DNA of 24,859 nt from a virus (lineage: Duplodnaviria > Caudoviricetes): positions 1-24,859 of the IMG/VR virus record IMGVR_UViG_3300037484_000305. One strand, written 5' to 3'. Below are positions 1 through 8,353 of the stretch, one piece after another. The position numbers and the translations under genes were made by a program. The notes beneath the pieces were generated by a model, which ran no database searches, was not told the origin of the DNA, and saw nothing but the letters and a program-made list of their open reading frames with translations. Each line of letters begins with the position of its first letter. Position 1 is the stretch's first letter.

Positions 1-346
1 CTCGCTTCATAAACTCGTTGAAGCCTTCAGCACTCATAGCCACTCCGGGCTTATCTCCGAAAACCGCAAAGGACTCCGCGACGAGTACGCAGCCTTCCGA
101 GTGGAGTTCTGTGTTTCCCTTATGGAATAGAATCCTCGAATGGCCTGGCACAGCAATCTCAAACGTGTCATATCCGCCCTTTGCATAGCGGGACCGGCTG
201 CATTCATGAAATCCATTCCCGATCTTGACCGTGTTTCCTGGATCATAGGTTCTCTCCAATGTTACGGCAAACGGCACGCCGTTATTCAGCAGCACTCCAA
301 AGGCTCCTGAGGATATTTTGGCAACGTGCTTAAGCTCGAAACTCAC
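1..346 (-). CDS. DUF5675-like protein, putative endolysin (3' end outside window)
   Basis: Hand translation from GTG at 346 (GTGA overlap with the upstream stop) is open to the edge: MSFELKHVAKISSGAFGVLLNNGVPFAVTLERTYDPG...TFEIAVPGHSRILFHKGNTELHSEGCVLVAESF...FNEFMKR. The FGVL/TLE/VPG-S-ILFH-GN/EGCVLV pattern resembles DUF5675 proteins; it lies directly after a holin-like gene. Confidence 0.8.
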   Translation of the reverse strand, partial: MSFELKHVAKISSGAFGVLLNNGVPFAVTLERTYDPGNTVKIGNGFHECSRSRYAKGGYDTFEIAVPGHSRILFHKGNTELHSEGCVLVAESFAVFGDKPGVAMSAEGFNEFMKR

Positions 347-576
347 TGTTTAGGCATCCCATTAAGGAATACCCAGATCACGCCGAGAGCGGCAGCCAGA
401 CCAGCCAGCCATTTTATAAACACCACCAACCCGGTCGCGGTATCCCATGCTCTCAACAATTCCTTTACCTCTGTGTGTAGTTCGTCGTCCAGTTCCTTCA
501 TGTCCTCGACGCATTTACGCAAAGCAGCAAGTTCCAAATCTGCGCTGCGTCTTCGTTCTTTAGTGTCTTGGTTCAT
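343..576 (-). CDS. Small membrane protein, putative holin
   Basis: 77 aa, charged coiled-coil N-terminus and C-terminal hydrophobic segment (GLVVFIKWLAGLAAALGVIWVFL); position between tailspike and putative lysin. Confidence 0.65.
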   Translation of the reverse strand: MNQDTKERRRSADLELAALRKCVEDMKELDDELHTEVKELLRAWDTATGLVVFIKWLAGLAAALGVIWVFLNGMPKQ

Positions 577-650
577 TGATGTACTTTGGACATTCTTCGC
601 TCACGTCCTTATGCCCATGCAATCGTTCATTATGTTGACGTGCGCACATT

Positions 651-672
651 AAAAAGCCCGCTCGGGGCGGGC
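651..672 (-). terminator. Rho-independent terminator after the tailspike gene
   Basis: Minus strand GCCCGC-CCCGA-GCGGGC followed by TTTTT. Confidence 0.75.
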
Positions 673-697
673 CTGGTTGTCGATTTTGTGTTCGTTG

Positions 698-2368
698 TCA
701 ATTCGGAATATCCGCTGCATTCCGGCTCGTTTCCTTCCAGAATGTCCCGGAATAGTAAAATGTGATATAGCGCCCGAATCCAGTGGCTGGAGAGACCCAT
801 GTAGCCATTTTGAAATCCCCGGCCCAAGTAAGTGCGCCGACCGCACCGCCACTGGCATTTAGTATTCCTATAGTCAAGGACTGTCCTCTAGTTGGGTTCG
901 TTGGGGTCTGGATTGTGAAAGCAACTCCATCCGTCACAGTTATTGGGGCAATGTCTTGAGCAAAGCAGTCTATGGTTATAGATGCCGAATACGCCTGTGG
1001 AATCGTTGTTGCAGCAATGCCTCCACGGAATTTATTGGTATATGTCGTACCACCTGGACCTGTGCAGTTTATCCATTCGTTTTCGTTACCACTTGCGCTG
1101 CTATCAGTGCGCGTGGTGATGATCTGAGTTCCAATGAATGTGTTTTTCTGAGTGCTGGCTCCGCACTCAATAACATCGATGTATCCACCAATGAATATAT
1201 TTCTGTTGGCAGACCCAGTTAGAGAGACTGTCCCGGAGCTTGCAGCAATGTTCTTGAAGGTGCTAGACACAGCATCCACAAGACTCACGTCGAATGTGGT
1301 GTTAGCTTCAAAAAACAGGGAATCGAACGAATTCATACCAGACCCGGAATCGTTCGTTATGATGAGACCGTTCGTGTTGCTCTCGCTTGTGCCACCGATA
1401 AACTTATTCACGGACGAAAAATCAATATAAATCCCAGCCCCGTTCGCCTGCGTCAGACCTTCGAATATAGGGCTTATGACTGTCTGTTCGGTTGTGTGAT
1501 CTGTTCCTGACCGGCGACTTAATTTCATTCCGTACAATGGAATGACAGCAAATGCGCCCTCATTTACTGAGACCGTGGGATTTATCCATGTGTTGACTAC
1601 CCCCCACTCCACAAGTATTGCAGCCCCAGTAGTTGCGCATCCTGTGCAACGGGCATGGAGAAATACAGAGTGGTGGATAGATCTGACATATATTCCGTTG
1701 GTAGAGTTGGCATTGCCCTGCACAGTGATATTGTCATAACGCAGACCTAGTATCCCGGAACCAGCGGCGCCGCCGTCTAAAGTGAACGCATTCCCTGTGC
1801 CTGTATGTTTGAAAAGCGTTCCCCTGTCTGCAAAGATATTGACGCCAGCGCGTGCAAAGTTAGGGCTGGTCGCATAGGCATAAATACCAGAAGGGAAATA
1901 GAGCGTGCCTGTATTGTTGTCTACAGCATCTAGTGCAGCAATTATCGCAGCGCCAACATCAACAGCAGCAGTTCTTGCGCGCACATCTGCAATCTGAGCC
2001 GCAGTCATGAAGTCAAATACGCTGAAGATATCTCGCTCTTTGTCCTGCACCGTCCTTGTAACTGCCCCAGCGCCGGACTGGATGAAGCCAACGTCAGAAT
2101 CAAGTACGTTGTGCAGGGTGAAGCTCTCGGCGCCCTTCGTGACCAGGACGCTGTATCCTTCAGAGATCCCGGCCGCGTAGAACGTGAAGCGCCCTACGCT
2201 ATCCGCGAATGCAGACGGATTTGTGATCGGCGTGGTTCCTGCGGCGTCAGAGAAGATCGCGGCCAGACCGCTGTCTGATTCCCGGCGCACCTCAACAGTA
2301 GGACTGACGGAGATGCCTAGTCCCGCACTGGTGACGAACGACGCACTGTTAAAGCACGCTAAACTCAA
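698..2368 (-). CDS. Tailspike / receptor-binding protein with probable right-handed beta-helix (pectate lyase-like) domain
   Basis: 556 aa; TTG start overlapping upstream TGA, GGAGGTG RBS; tailspike neck motif VGFIQSGAGAVTRTVQDKERD, then 'AAIIAALDAV..GTLYFPSGIY' beta-helix cap and Asn/Gly/Ser/Ile-rich body. Confidence 0.85.
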   Translation of the reverse strand: MSLACFNSASFVTSAGLGISVSPTVEVRRESDSGLAAIFSDAAGTTPITNPSAFADSVGRFTFYAAGISEGYSVLVTKGAESFTLHNVLDSDVGFIQSGAGAVTRTVQDKERDIFSVFDFMTAAQIADVRARTAAVDVGAAIIAALDAVDNNTGTLYFPSGIYAYATSPNFARAGVNIFADRGTLFKHTGTGNAFTLDGGAAGSGILGLRYDNITVQGNANSTNGIYVRSIHHSVFLHARCTGCATTGAAILVEWGVVNTWINPTVSVNEGAFAVIPLYGMKLSRRSGTDHTTEQTVISPIFEGLTQANGAGIYIDFSSVNKFIGGTSESNTNGLIITNDSGSGMNSFDSLFFEANTTFDVSLVDAVSSTFKNIAASSGTVSLTGSANRNIFIGGYIDVIECGASTQKNTFIGTQIITTRTDSSASGNENEWINCTGPGGTTYTNKFRGGIAATTIPQAYSASITIDCFAQDIAPITVTDGVAFTIQTPTNPTRGQSLTIGILNASGGAVGALTWAGDFKMATWVSPATGFGRYITFYYSGTFWKETSRNAADIPN

Positions 2369-4512
2369 GACACACCTCCACGTCTATCACCGTTTGCTAT
2401 CCACGTCACGAAAGCATTGCCCACGATATAGTCGCCAGCGGCACCGCCAGCACCGCCCGTATAGTTTGTTGTGCCGCCTGTTCCATTCGCCCCGGCGCTA
2501 CCGTTCAGTCCCGGCCCGCCTCCATTGCCGCCATCGCCGCCCCCTCCTCCGAACGTAGCATCGCCACCAGCACCACCAGCGCCGCCAGTAGATGCTGTTC
2601 CATTACTGCCGGCATCTCCATGCGATGTCGGACCTGCATCTCCCAGACCACCAGCGCCGCCCGTACCTGGATTAGTCCCAGCGCCACCACCCCCGCCACC
2701 ACCGCCTGGATTTCCACCTACAGCATCAGCCGCACCACCACCACCACCACCACCACCACCGGACCATATCTCGCCGCCTGTGTTATCGACAGAGATGGCG
2801 AATGTTGCCAGTAGCGCATCGCCGCCCACGCCACCTGGAGAGCCATTCGCCAGACTCCCCCCCTTACCGCCGCCTGCGCCCTTGCCCTCGATGCGCCCGA
2901 GGTTGTCTAGGAACAGCGCTACGCCAGCCGGCCATGAGCCGGTAACCATCGCCTTGGTAGAGGTGGACGTACTGCCCACCGTGGCACCGTCGATTACAAT
3001 GAAGCGAACCGTCTCCGTGCCGTCAGGCGCCGCGTACAGCGAGTCGTGGATCGTTCGCAGATTCAAGTTCCACGCGTCATTCTCGATGTAGATGACGCGC
3101 TCGCCTGTTCCGGCATCAGGCGTTGCGAAGGCAACCTGTTGCGCGCGGATTTCCAGCTCGTTCTCGCCGCGCTCGATCTCCACCGCCGCCATGGTCACCG
3201 GCAGGACGGCGCCGGTATCGTCCTGCACCTCTTGCGTTTCAAGGTTGAAGTAGCGCGCCAGGTCCAGTTCGCCATCGCGGCTCGCGTGCAGCCTGAATGT
3301 CGCCTCCAGCGGAGGGTCGCGGAACATGGCCAGCAAGCGCTCGCTCGTTTCCGTAGCCGCACTTCGGCCGAACTGCGGAATCCACCGGGAAAATATCTCT
3401 GTGATTGCCGGTACTGCATATTCGAACTCGCCCTCGGCATCCAGGTCCGGCGTGACAACGCGCGAGTGAAAGTTCTTCGGCTCGTCCAGTGACTCGACCC
3501 GATTCTTCTGCCCGTAGTAGAGCCAGACTTGCGAGACGCGCCGCTCGTCCTGGCGCTTGACCGATAGCGATCCGTCCACCAGCCACGCGTCGTCGTTCAC
3601 CGTTGCCGTCGGCACCGTGGGTCGCAACGCAGCAACCTTGATCTGCCCGGTCTCAACGTCAGGCCAGATGGTGAAACCGGCCTGCTCAGCCAGCTCGCCT
3701 ATCAGTTCTGCAACCGGTGTCGGCGTCGTGATATCCGTGCTGTAGAGATTTACCAGACCGGAAAGCTCGATATCCCATTCAGCCTTTGGAAGGTCCGCAG
3801 ACTCAAGAGACGTGTAGTTGAGCAGCAGGTCATAGACGATATCCACCGCAAGCTCGGTGGTGTATGTCAGCACGATCTGCACCAGGTCGTCATCGTCGTG
3901 ATCTTCCGCCACCGTGCCCAGCGCGCCGCGGGTGGTGAAGGTCAGCACGTCGCCGGCGCGTGTGAAGGCAATCGCCTCGTCTCCGATCACAACGTGGCCT
4001 GCAGCCGGATAGTCCAGATCGCCGATCCCGGCCGGGTTCAGCGTGGCAGATCCTGATACGTCGCTGATGTTAGCGGACAGTTCACCGCGCGATGCCAGCG
4101 GCGCGACCGCCTTCTGATCCTCGATGATGCTGAACAGATCCTTGGCGACCAGCGTCACCTGCCCGTCTGTCGGCCCTTCAATGCTGTCGACGACGTAATG
4201 CCGCACCCGCATGTCAGCAATCGCGTCACCCACGAAGCCTTCGTAGACGCGACAGCGGTAGGCGGAATGGTACGGATTGCGCGCCAGGAACTTGCCCCAG
4301 AACGTGCCGCGATCCCAGAATGGGTCGTAACCGGACCCCGTAACCGCGGCCGGTTGCGCAGACGCATGGCCACCGCCGAAGGTGCGGCCGCGTAAGGCAC
4401 TGCCGGTCCGCCACGAGCTCCGGAGCGCCTGACCAGGCGCGCCGCGAAACGTGGCCCGCGGTCCCCACGCCCCGGATGCATGGCGTCGGAACGTGGTCGG
4501 ATGGAACGACAC
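2365..4512 (-). CDS. Tail hub/central tail protein, C-terminal part, ending in a glycine-rich adhesin-like domain
   Basis: 715 aa; GTG start with GGAG RBS; GYDP..RGTFWGKFLARNPY motif, IGDEAIAF..RGALGT..H repeat typical of tail tip proteins; poly-Gly C-terminus. Confidence 0.8.
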   Translation of the reverse strand: MSFHPTTFRRHASGAWGPRATFRGAPGQALRSSWRTGSALRGRTFGGGHASAQPAAVTGSGYDPFWDRGTFWGKFLARNPYHSAYRCRVYEGFVGDAIADMRVRHYVVDSIEGPTDGQVTLVAKDLFSIIEDQKAVAPLASRGELSANISDVSGSATLNPAGIGDLDYPAAGHVVIGDEAIAFTRAGDVLTFTTRGALGTVAEDHDDDDLVQIVLTYTTELAVDIVYDLLLNYTSLESADLPKAEWDIELSGLVNLYSTDITTPTPVAELIGELAEQAGFTIWPDVETGQIKVAALRPTVPTATVNDDAWLVDGSLSVKRQDERRVSQVWLYYGQKNRVESLDEPKNFHSRVVTPDLDAEGEFEYAVPAITEIFSRWIPQFGRSAATETSERLLAMFRDPPLEATFRLHASRDGELDLARYFNLETQEVQDDTGAVLPVTMAAVEIERGENELEIRAQQVAFATPDAGTGERVIYIENDAWNLNLRTIHDSLYAAPDGTETVRFIVIDGATVGSTSTSTKAMVTGSWPAGVALFLDNLGRIEGKGAGGGKGGSLANGSPGGVGGDALLATFAISVDNTGGEIWSGGGGGGGGGAADAVGGNPGGGGGGGGAGTNPGTGGAGGLGDAGPTSHGDAGSNGTASTGGAGGAGGDATFGGGGGDGGNGGGPGLNGSAGANGTGGTTNYTGGAGGAAGDYIVGNAFVTWIANGDRRGGVS

Positions 4513-4524
4513 GTAATCTCCGGT

Positions 4525-5091
4525 CTATATGCTTTCCCAGATTTCATAACCGTGAACTGTGAAACTCCCCGTGGCAACCGTCTGAGTAAAGAACCAGTCC
4601 ACCGCGTTCGCAGCCGTATTGTCAAAACCGGTACCGACCGCCGGAGTGCCGACGGGGCAATTGAGTACGCCGTTGCCGCCGACACTGGGCAACGGTGATC
4701 CGATCACTGCTTCGGAGATGAATTGACCAAGTCCGAACACGTTGCTGCTGGTGCTTGCGCCTTCTGCGCGGCAGGTCAGTCGCGCCTGGAAGAACCATGG
4801 CACCGTGGTCTTGGCGACGATATTCAGATTAAGCGCGCCGGTATCGAACGCAATGATGGTGCCGCTGGGCCCGGTGCGCAAATCCAGACGTGCGGTGCCA
4901 GGTGTGGTGACGGCGCACGATATGCGGCCCGACATCATCACGACCCATTGCTTGCCGGGAAACCAGTAGTTCTGCGGCAGGACTAGCCGGTTAGCAGTCG
5001 GGATACAGGAAGCCGCGGCGGCCGCAGTAAGCGTCGGGCCGTCTGTCTTGCCGATGACGAGCGGGACGAAAGACGATGGGTTCGGATACAT
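4525..5091 (-). CDS. Hypothetical beta-rich virion-type protein inserted within the tail hub locus
   Basis: 188 aa, strong AGGAGG RBS, Thr/Gly/Ala-rich beta-strand pattern typical of phage structural accessory proteins; function not assignable. Confidence 0.8.
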   Translation of the reverse strand: MYPNPSSFVPLVIGKTDGPTLTAAAAASCIPTANRLVLPQNYWFPGKQWVVMMSGRISCAVTTPGTARLDLRTGPSGTIIAFDTGALNLNIVAKTTVPWFFQARLTCRAEGASTSSNVFGLGQFISEAVIGSPLPSVGGNGVLNCPVGTPAVGTGFDNTAANAVDWFFTQTVATGSFTVHGYEIWESI

Positions 5092-5107
5092 TTAGTTAAG
5101 CCTCCTG

Positions 5108-5527
5108 TTATTCGGCTTGCGCTTCGCCGGTGATGCGTTCGAGACGGTATTTGTCGACCAGGTGATCGGAATGCTTGTGATCCTGAAATTGCATCGTCAC
5201 CACTTCGCGCGATCCCAGAGCCGATGTGTTCTTGTCCATTGCCGCAAGATTGATAGCGGCAGGCGTGGTCTCCAGATCGATCAGCGACGTGAGACGCGGT
5301 CCGTACATTGCCGTGCCTTCCTGCTCTCTGGCGAACCGAAGGGTCAGCGTTACCGGATCGTAATCAGCCTGCACGGGACAGGTCACTCTGGTCTGGAAAC
5401 ACTTGCGCTGGCTGCTGACACCAAGCACGGCGTGGCAGGTGCCAAACGCGTTGGTCTCGCCATATCGTTTACGACAGAATGGTATGTCGAGCTCGAATAA
5501 AGTTACTGTCTCGCGCCCGTAGTCCAT
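5108..5527 (-). CDS. Tail hub protein, N-terminal part (Cys-rich)
   Basis: 139 aa with C-x3-YG...C.A....KCFQTRVTC and LGSRE.VT..FQDHKHSD..VDKY; follows the Dit-like gene; I recall this segment as the N-terminus of proteins that continue with GYDP..RGTFWGK. Confidence 0.75.
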   Translation of the reverse strand: MDYGRETVTLFELDIPFCRKRYGETNAFGTCHAVLGVSSQRKCFQTRVTCPVQADYDPVTLTLRFAREQEGTAMYGPRLTSLIDLETTPAAINLAAMDKNTSALGSREVVTMQFQDHKHSDHLVDKYRLERITGEAQAE

Positions 5528-5528
5528 T

Positions 5529-6353
5529 TCACGCGTTCCCTATTCCCTGCATGTTCCACTTCACCTGCATCCAGTCTTTTTTCCCTGAGTAACTCCCGAT
5601 GATGTCGACGCCAGTCCAGACGTACCCGACCTCTGCCGGATACAGCTCCGGACACCACCCGAAAAAATACGGGAACTGGCGGGCATGTTCTACGAAAGGA
5701 TCGAACTCGGAGCGATACCACGCCGGCGTAAGAAATTCAAAATTTGCAGTGCCGGTAACACCGTTGCGCCGAATCCCCTGTCCGAGGAACTGCCCGCCGC
5801 GTGACATCGACCGGTGCAGCACGGTCTGCCGCGACATGGTCAGCGGCATGAAACCGGCGCCTATTATCTCCTCCTCCATGGCCAGCACTTCTCCGATGTA
5901 GATCACCGCAATCTGCGGCATGGCAGACACACCGGTCAACGTCAGCCGGATGTGCCTAGCCGATCGCGAATCGTCCAGAAACATGATCGGCGAATCGTTC
6001 GTCGGCAAGGTATCAATCGACAGCGGCACCCATGCAGCAGCATCCAGACTCGTTTCCGGCTCCACCGATACAGCGTTCGACCCCAGCGTGTGGCCGGCGA
6101 TACCGATGTAGTCAATGTCGCGCGCAGCTCCAAGGTCAACCTGCCACGTGGCAGGCAGAGCTGACGGCTCCCAGTATTCAGCCGTATCCGGACGCAGCGG
6201 CGCATCCTTCGGACCGGCCGCGGTCTCGGTGCTGACCGTCACGGCGGCCGGAGATAGGTCGAATGTGTACGTTTGCCAGCCGATGCGCGAGTTGGTGAGT
6301 GGCCGCCCGGCCGCGGCTTCGCTCAAAATGAACGCTGACGGATAGATGATCAT
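5529..6353 (-). CDS. Distal tail (Dit-like) protein with galactose-binding/discoidin-like insertion
   Basis: 274 aa directly after tape measure (ATGA overlap); WQVDLGAARDIDYIGIAGH...ARHIRLTL motif is discoidin-like. Confidence 0.65.
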   Translation of the reverse strand: MIIYPSAFILSEAAAGRPLTNSRIGWQTYTFDLSPAAVTVSTETAAGPKDAPLRPDTAEYWEPSALPATWQVDLGAARDIDYIGIAGHTLGSNAVSVEPETSLDAAAWVPLSIDTLPTNDSPIMFLDDSRSARHIRLTLTGVSAMPQIAVIYIGEVLAMEEEIIGAGFMPLTMSRQTVLHRSMSRGGQFLGQGIRRNGVTGTANFEFLTPAWYRSEFDPFVEHARQFPYFFGWCPELYPAEVGYVWTGVDIIGSYSGKKDWMQVKWNMQGIGNA

Positions 6354-8350
6354 GCAAGGACTACCCGTCCACCGTCTTTCGTCATTTCGTTGATCTTCTC
6401 GATCAGATCCTTGACTTGCTTGCGGTCGAACTTGTCCCCGTTGAGGTTGATGATCGTTGTCGTCCCGCTGCCGCTGCCGGCGCCTGGCACGCCCCCACCG
6501 ATCGGAGTAACAGGTGGCGCCGCGGTGCCGCCTGCGAGAGATGGCGCGCCGCTGCCGGCCCCGAACGTGGTTGATGCAATGGCAGATACCTGCGCGAATG
6601 CTGCCAGGCCGTGCGCTGCCGCCAGGGCGATGTTCAGCGGGTACTCGTACTTGGACAGGGTGAGCGAGATGCCTTCGTAGGCGTTGATGATCGCATTGGC
6701 GATGCCAGCCACCTTGTTGATCTCGAACAGAGCCCGGTTGTGCTGCGACACGCCGGCGGTGATGTTGGCCAGGTAACCGAACACATCCTTCGTTTGCGCC
6801 TGCATGGAAAGAGCCGCGAACTTCTGCCGCTCGTACCAGCCCTGATTTTCGATGCGGGCGCGTTCCTTCTCGTTGTTCTTGATCAGCCTGCCAATCAGCG
6901 TGTAGTAGTTTTCCAGCGAGATCAGCTTGTCGTCCAGAGCCTTGTTGAGGCCGTTCATGTCCTCTTCGTAGGCGAACTTGCGCAGCTCGTTCTCGGTCAT
7001 CAGGCCTTGCTTCAGGGCCTGGAACTTCGCCGCTTCGGCCTGTGTTATCGCCTCATTCCTGGCGATGGTCTGGTCGCGGTCCCTATTGAACAGCGCATCA
7101 GATTCATCAATCAAAGACTGCAACGACTGGGCACGCTCCAGATCGGCTTTGCGATGCAGTTCCATCGCGGCCATGGTGTTGTCGCGATCCTTGGTCCACA
7201 GCTCGTCCGACTCGTTCTTGAGCGCGCGCAATTCTTTCGCGAGCGACTCGGCTGCCCTGCGCGCCTTCTCAGGATCACCACCAAGTTCCCCGGCCGGCGT
7301 CACCACGGCGCCGCCGGTCTTGATTGGTTTGTTCGCCTGCTCTTCCATCAGGCGCATGGCCACGCGCGCGGAATTCAGCGTCAGGATCAGCGCATCGAGC
7401 TTGCGCTTCATCTCAACAGGGTCCCCACCAGAGAGCCGCCCAAGCACACCGGCTTTCTCCTGGATCGGAATAGTCTTCTGCAGAACCTCGATCTCTTTGG
7501 TCAGGCCCCTGATGAACTCGCGCTGCTGTTCCATCTGCGACGGATCGGCGCCGAACAGCAGCACTTTCCACGCTTCGCCGTAACCGCGGATCGCGGCCGC
7601 GAACAACCCACCGTCGCGTGCCGCCTCGGCCATCGCCCTGGCCACCTGCGAGATCGCCGGCGCCGCCTGGTTCAGGAACTCTGTCATCAGCGCCGTGCCG
7701 GACTGCTTGACCAGGTTCAACGAATCGTTCAGTTCGTCCGCCGCGGCTGCCGCCTCGGTGGACATCACCAGGCCCAGCTTCTCGGCCAGCGCCATCTGCG
7801 CGGCGATCCCTGCAGATCCCTGGTTCAGGATCGGGATCATTTCCAGACCGGCCTTGCCGAAGACCCGCATGGCCAGCGCGCTCTTCTGCGCTCCGTCCGG
7901 CATTGTCGCGAACTTGCCGGCGAGATCCAGCATCACCGCATCCATTGCCCGCAAGTTGCCGGCGCCGTCCTTGACAGGCACGCCCAGGCGCTGGAACGCA
8001 TCTGCGGATTCCTTGCTCCCGCGTGCCGCCGACTCCATGTTCAGCGCCAAGCCCTTCAAGCCCGGCTGGATGGATTCCAACGTCGCGTTCGACTGCTCTG
8101 CGACGAAACGCCAGCGACTCAGCGATTCCACGCTTAGCCCAGTTTTCTGGCTCATGTCGTTCATCGCGTCGCCGGCGTCGATCGCGCTCTTTGCGAACGC
8201 GATGATGCCGCCCACCGACAGCGCCGCCGCGATCTGCGGCGCGAGCGTGCGCAGGGTGTCGTGCACGCCCTTGAAGTGACCCTGGACGCTGGAGAAGGCC
8301 GCTGCGGTCTCGTCCTTGGCGCGTATCAGGATCTGGGCACGTTCGGCCAT
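6350..8350 (-). CDS. Tail tape measure protein
   Basis: 666 aa, Ala-rich helical; N-terminal ILIRAKDET, 'MSQKTGLSVESLS', 'ALAMRVFGKAGLEMIPILNQGSAGI' TMP motifs; C-terminal 'TIINLNG'. Confidence 0.93.
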   Translation of the reverse strand: MAERAQILIRAKDETAAAFSSVQGHFKGVHDTLRTLAPQIAAALSVGGIIAFAKSAIDAGDAMNDMSQKTGLSVESLSRWRFVAEQSNATLESIQPGLKGLALNMESAARGSKESADAFQRLGVPVKDGAGNLRAMDAVMLDLAGKFATMPDGAQKSALAMRVFGKAGLEMIPILNQGSAGIAAQMALAEKLGLVMSTEAAAAADELNDSLNLVKQSGTALMTEFLNQAAPAISQVARAMAEAARDGGLFAAAIRGYGEAWKVLLFGADPSQMEQQREFIRGLTKEIEVLQKTIPIQEKAGVLGRLSGGDPVEMKRKLDALILTLNSARVAMRLMEEQANKPIKTGGAVVTPAGELGGDPEKARRAAESLAKELRALKNESDELWTKDRDNTMAAMELHRKADLERAQSLQSLIDESDALFNRDRDQTIARNEAITQAEAAKFQALKQGLMTENELRKFAYEEDMNGLNKALDDKLISLENYYTLIGRLIKNNEKERARIENQGWYERQKFAALSMQAQTKDVFGYLANITAGVSQHNRALFEINKVAGIANAIINAYEGISLTLSKYEYPLNIALAAAHGLAAFAQVSAIASTTFGAGSGAPSLAGGTAAPPVTPIGGGVPGAGSGSGTTTIINLNGDKFDRKQVKDLIEKINEMTKDGGRVVLA

Positions 8351-8353
8351 GGC

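Noticed and set aside
34-246. 70-aa ORF with apparent GGAG RBS
   Set aside because: Lies inside the DUF5675-like reading frame (346 to <1), which has recognisable motifs and a coupled start.
2471-3091. Proline-rich plus-strand ORF
   Set aside because: Reverse complement of the poly-glycine codons.
4354-5122. Self-splicing intron, intein, IS or ribosomal bypass as explanation of the hub split
   Set aside because: No GUGYG/AY group II ends, no evident group I core, no intein motifs, transposase or terminal inverted repeats; 763 nt far exceeds the 50-nt T4 gene 60 hop. Cannot be formally excluded without RNA data.
6611-8137. 508-aa plus-strand ORF (and similar long antisense ORFs at 22942-23973, 23504-24490, 17770-18651)
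   Set aside because: Antisense shadows of high-GC3 genes; no motifs or RBS.
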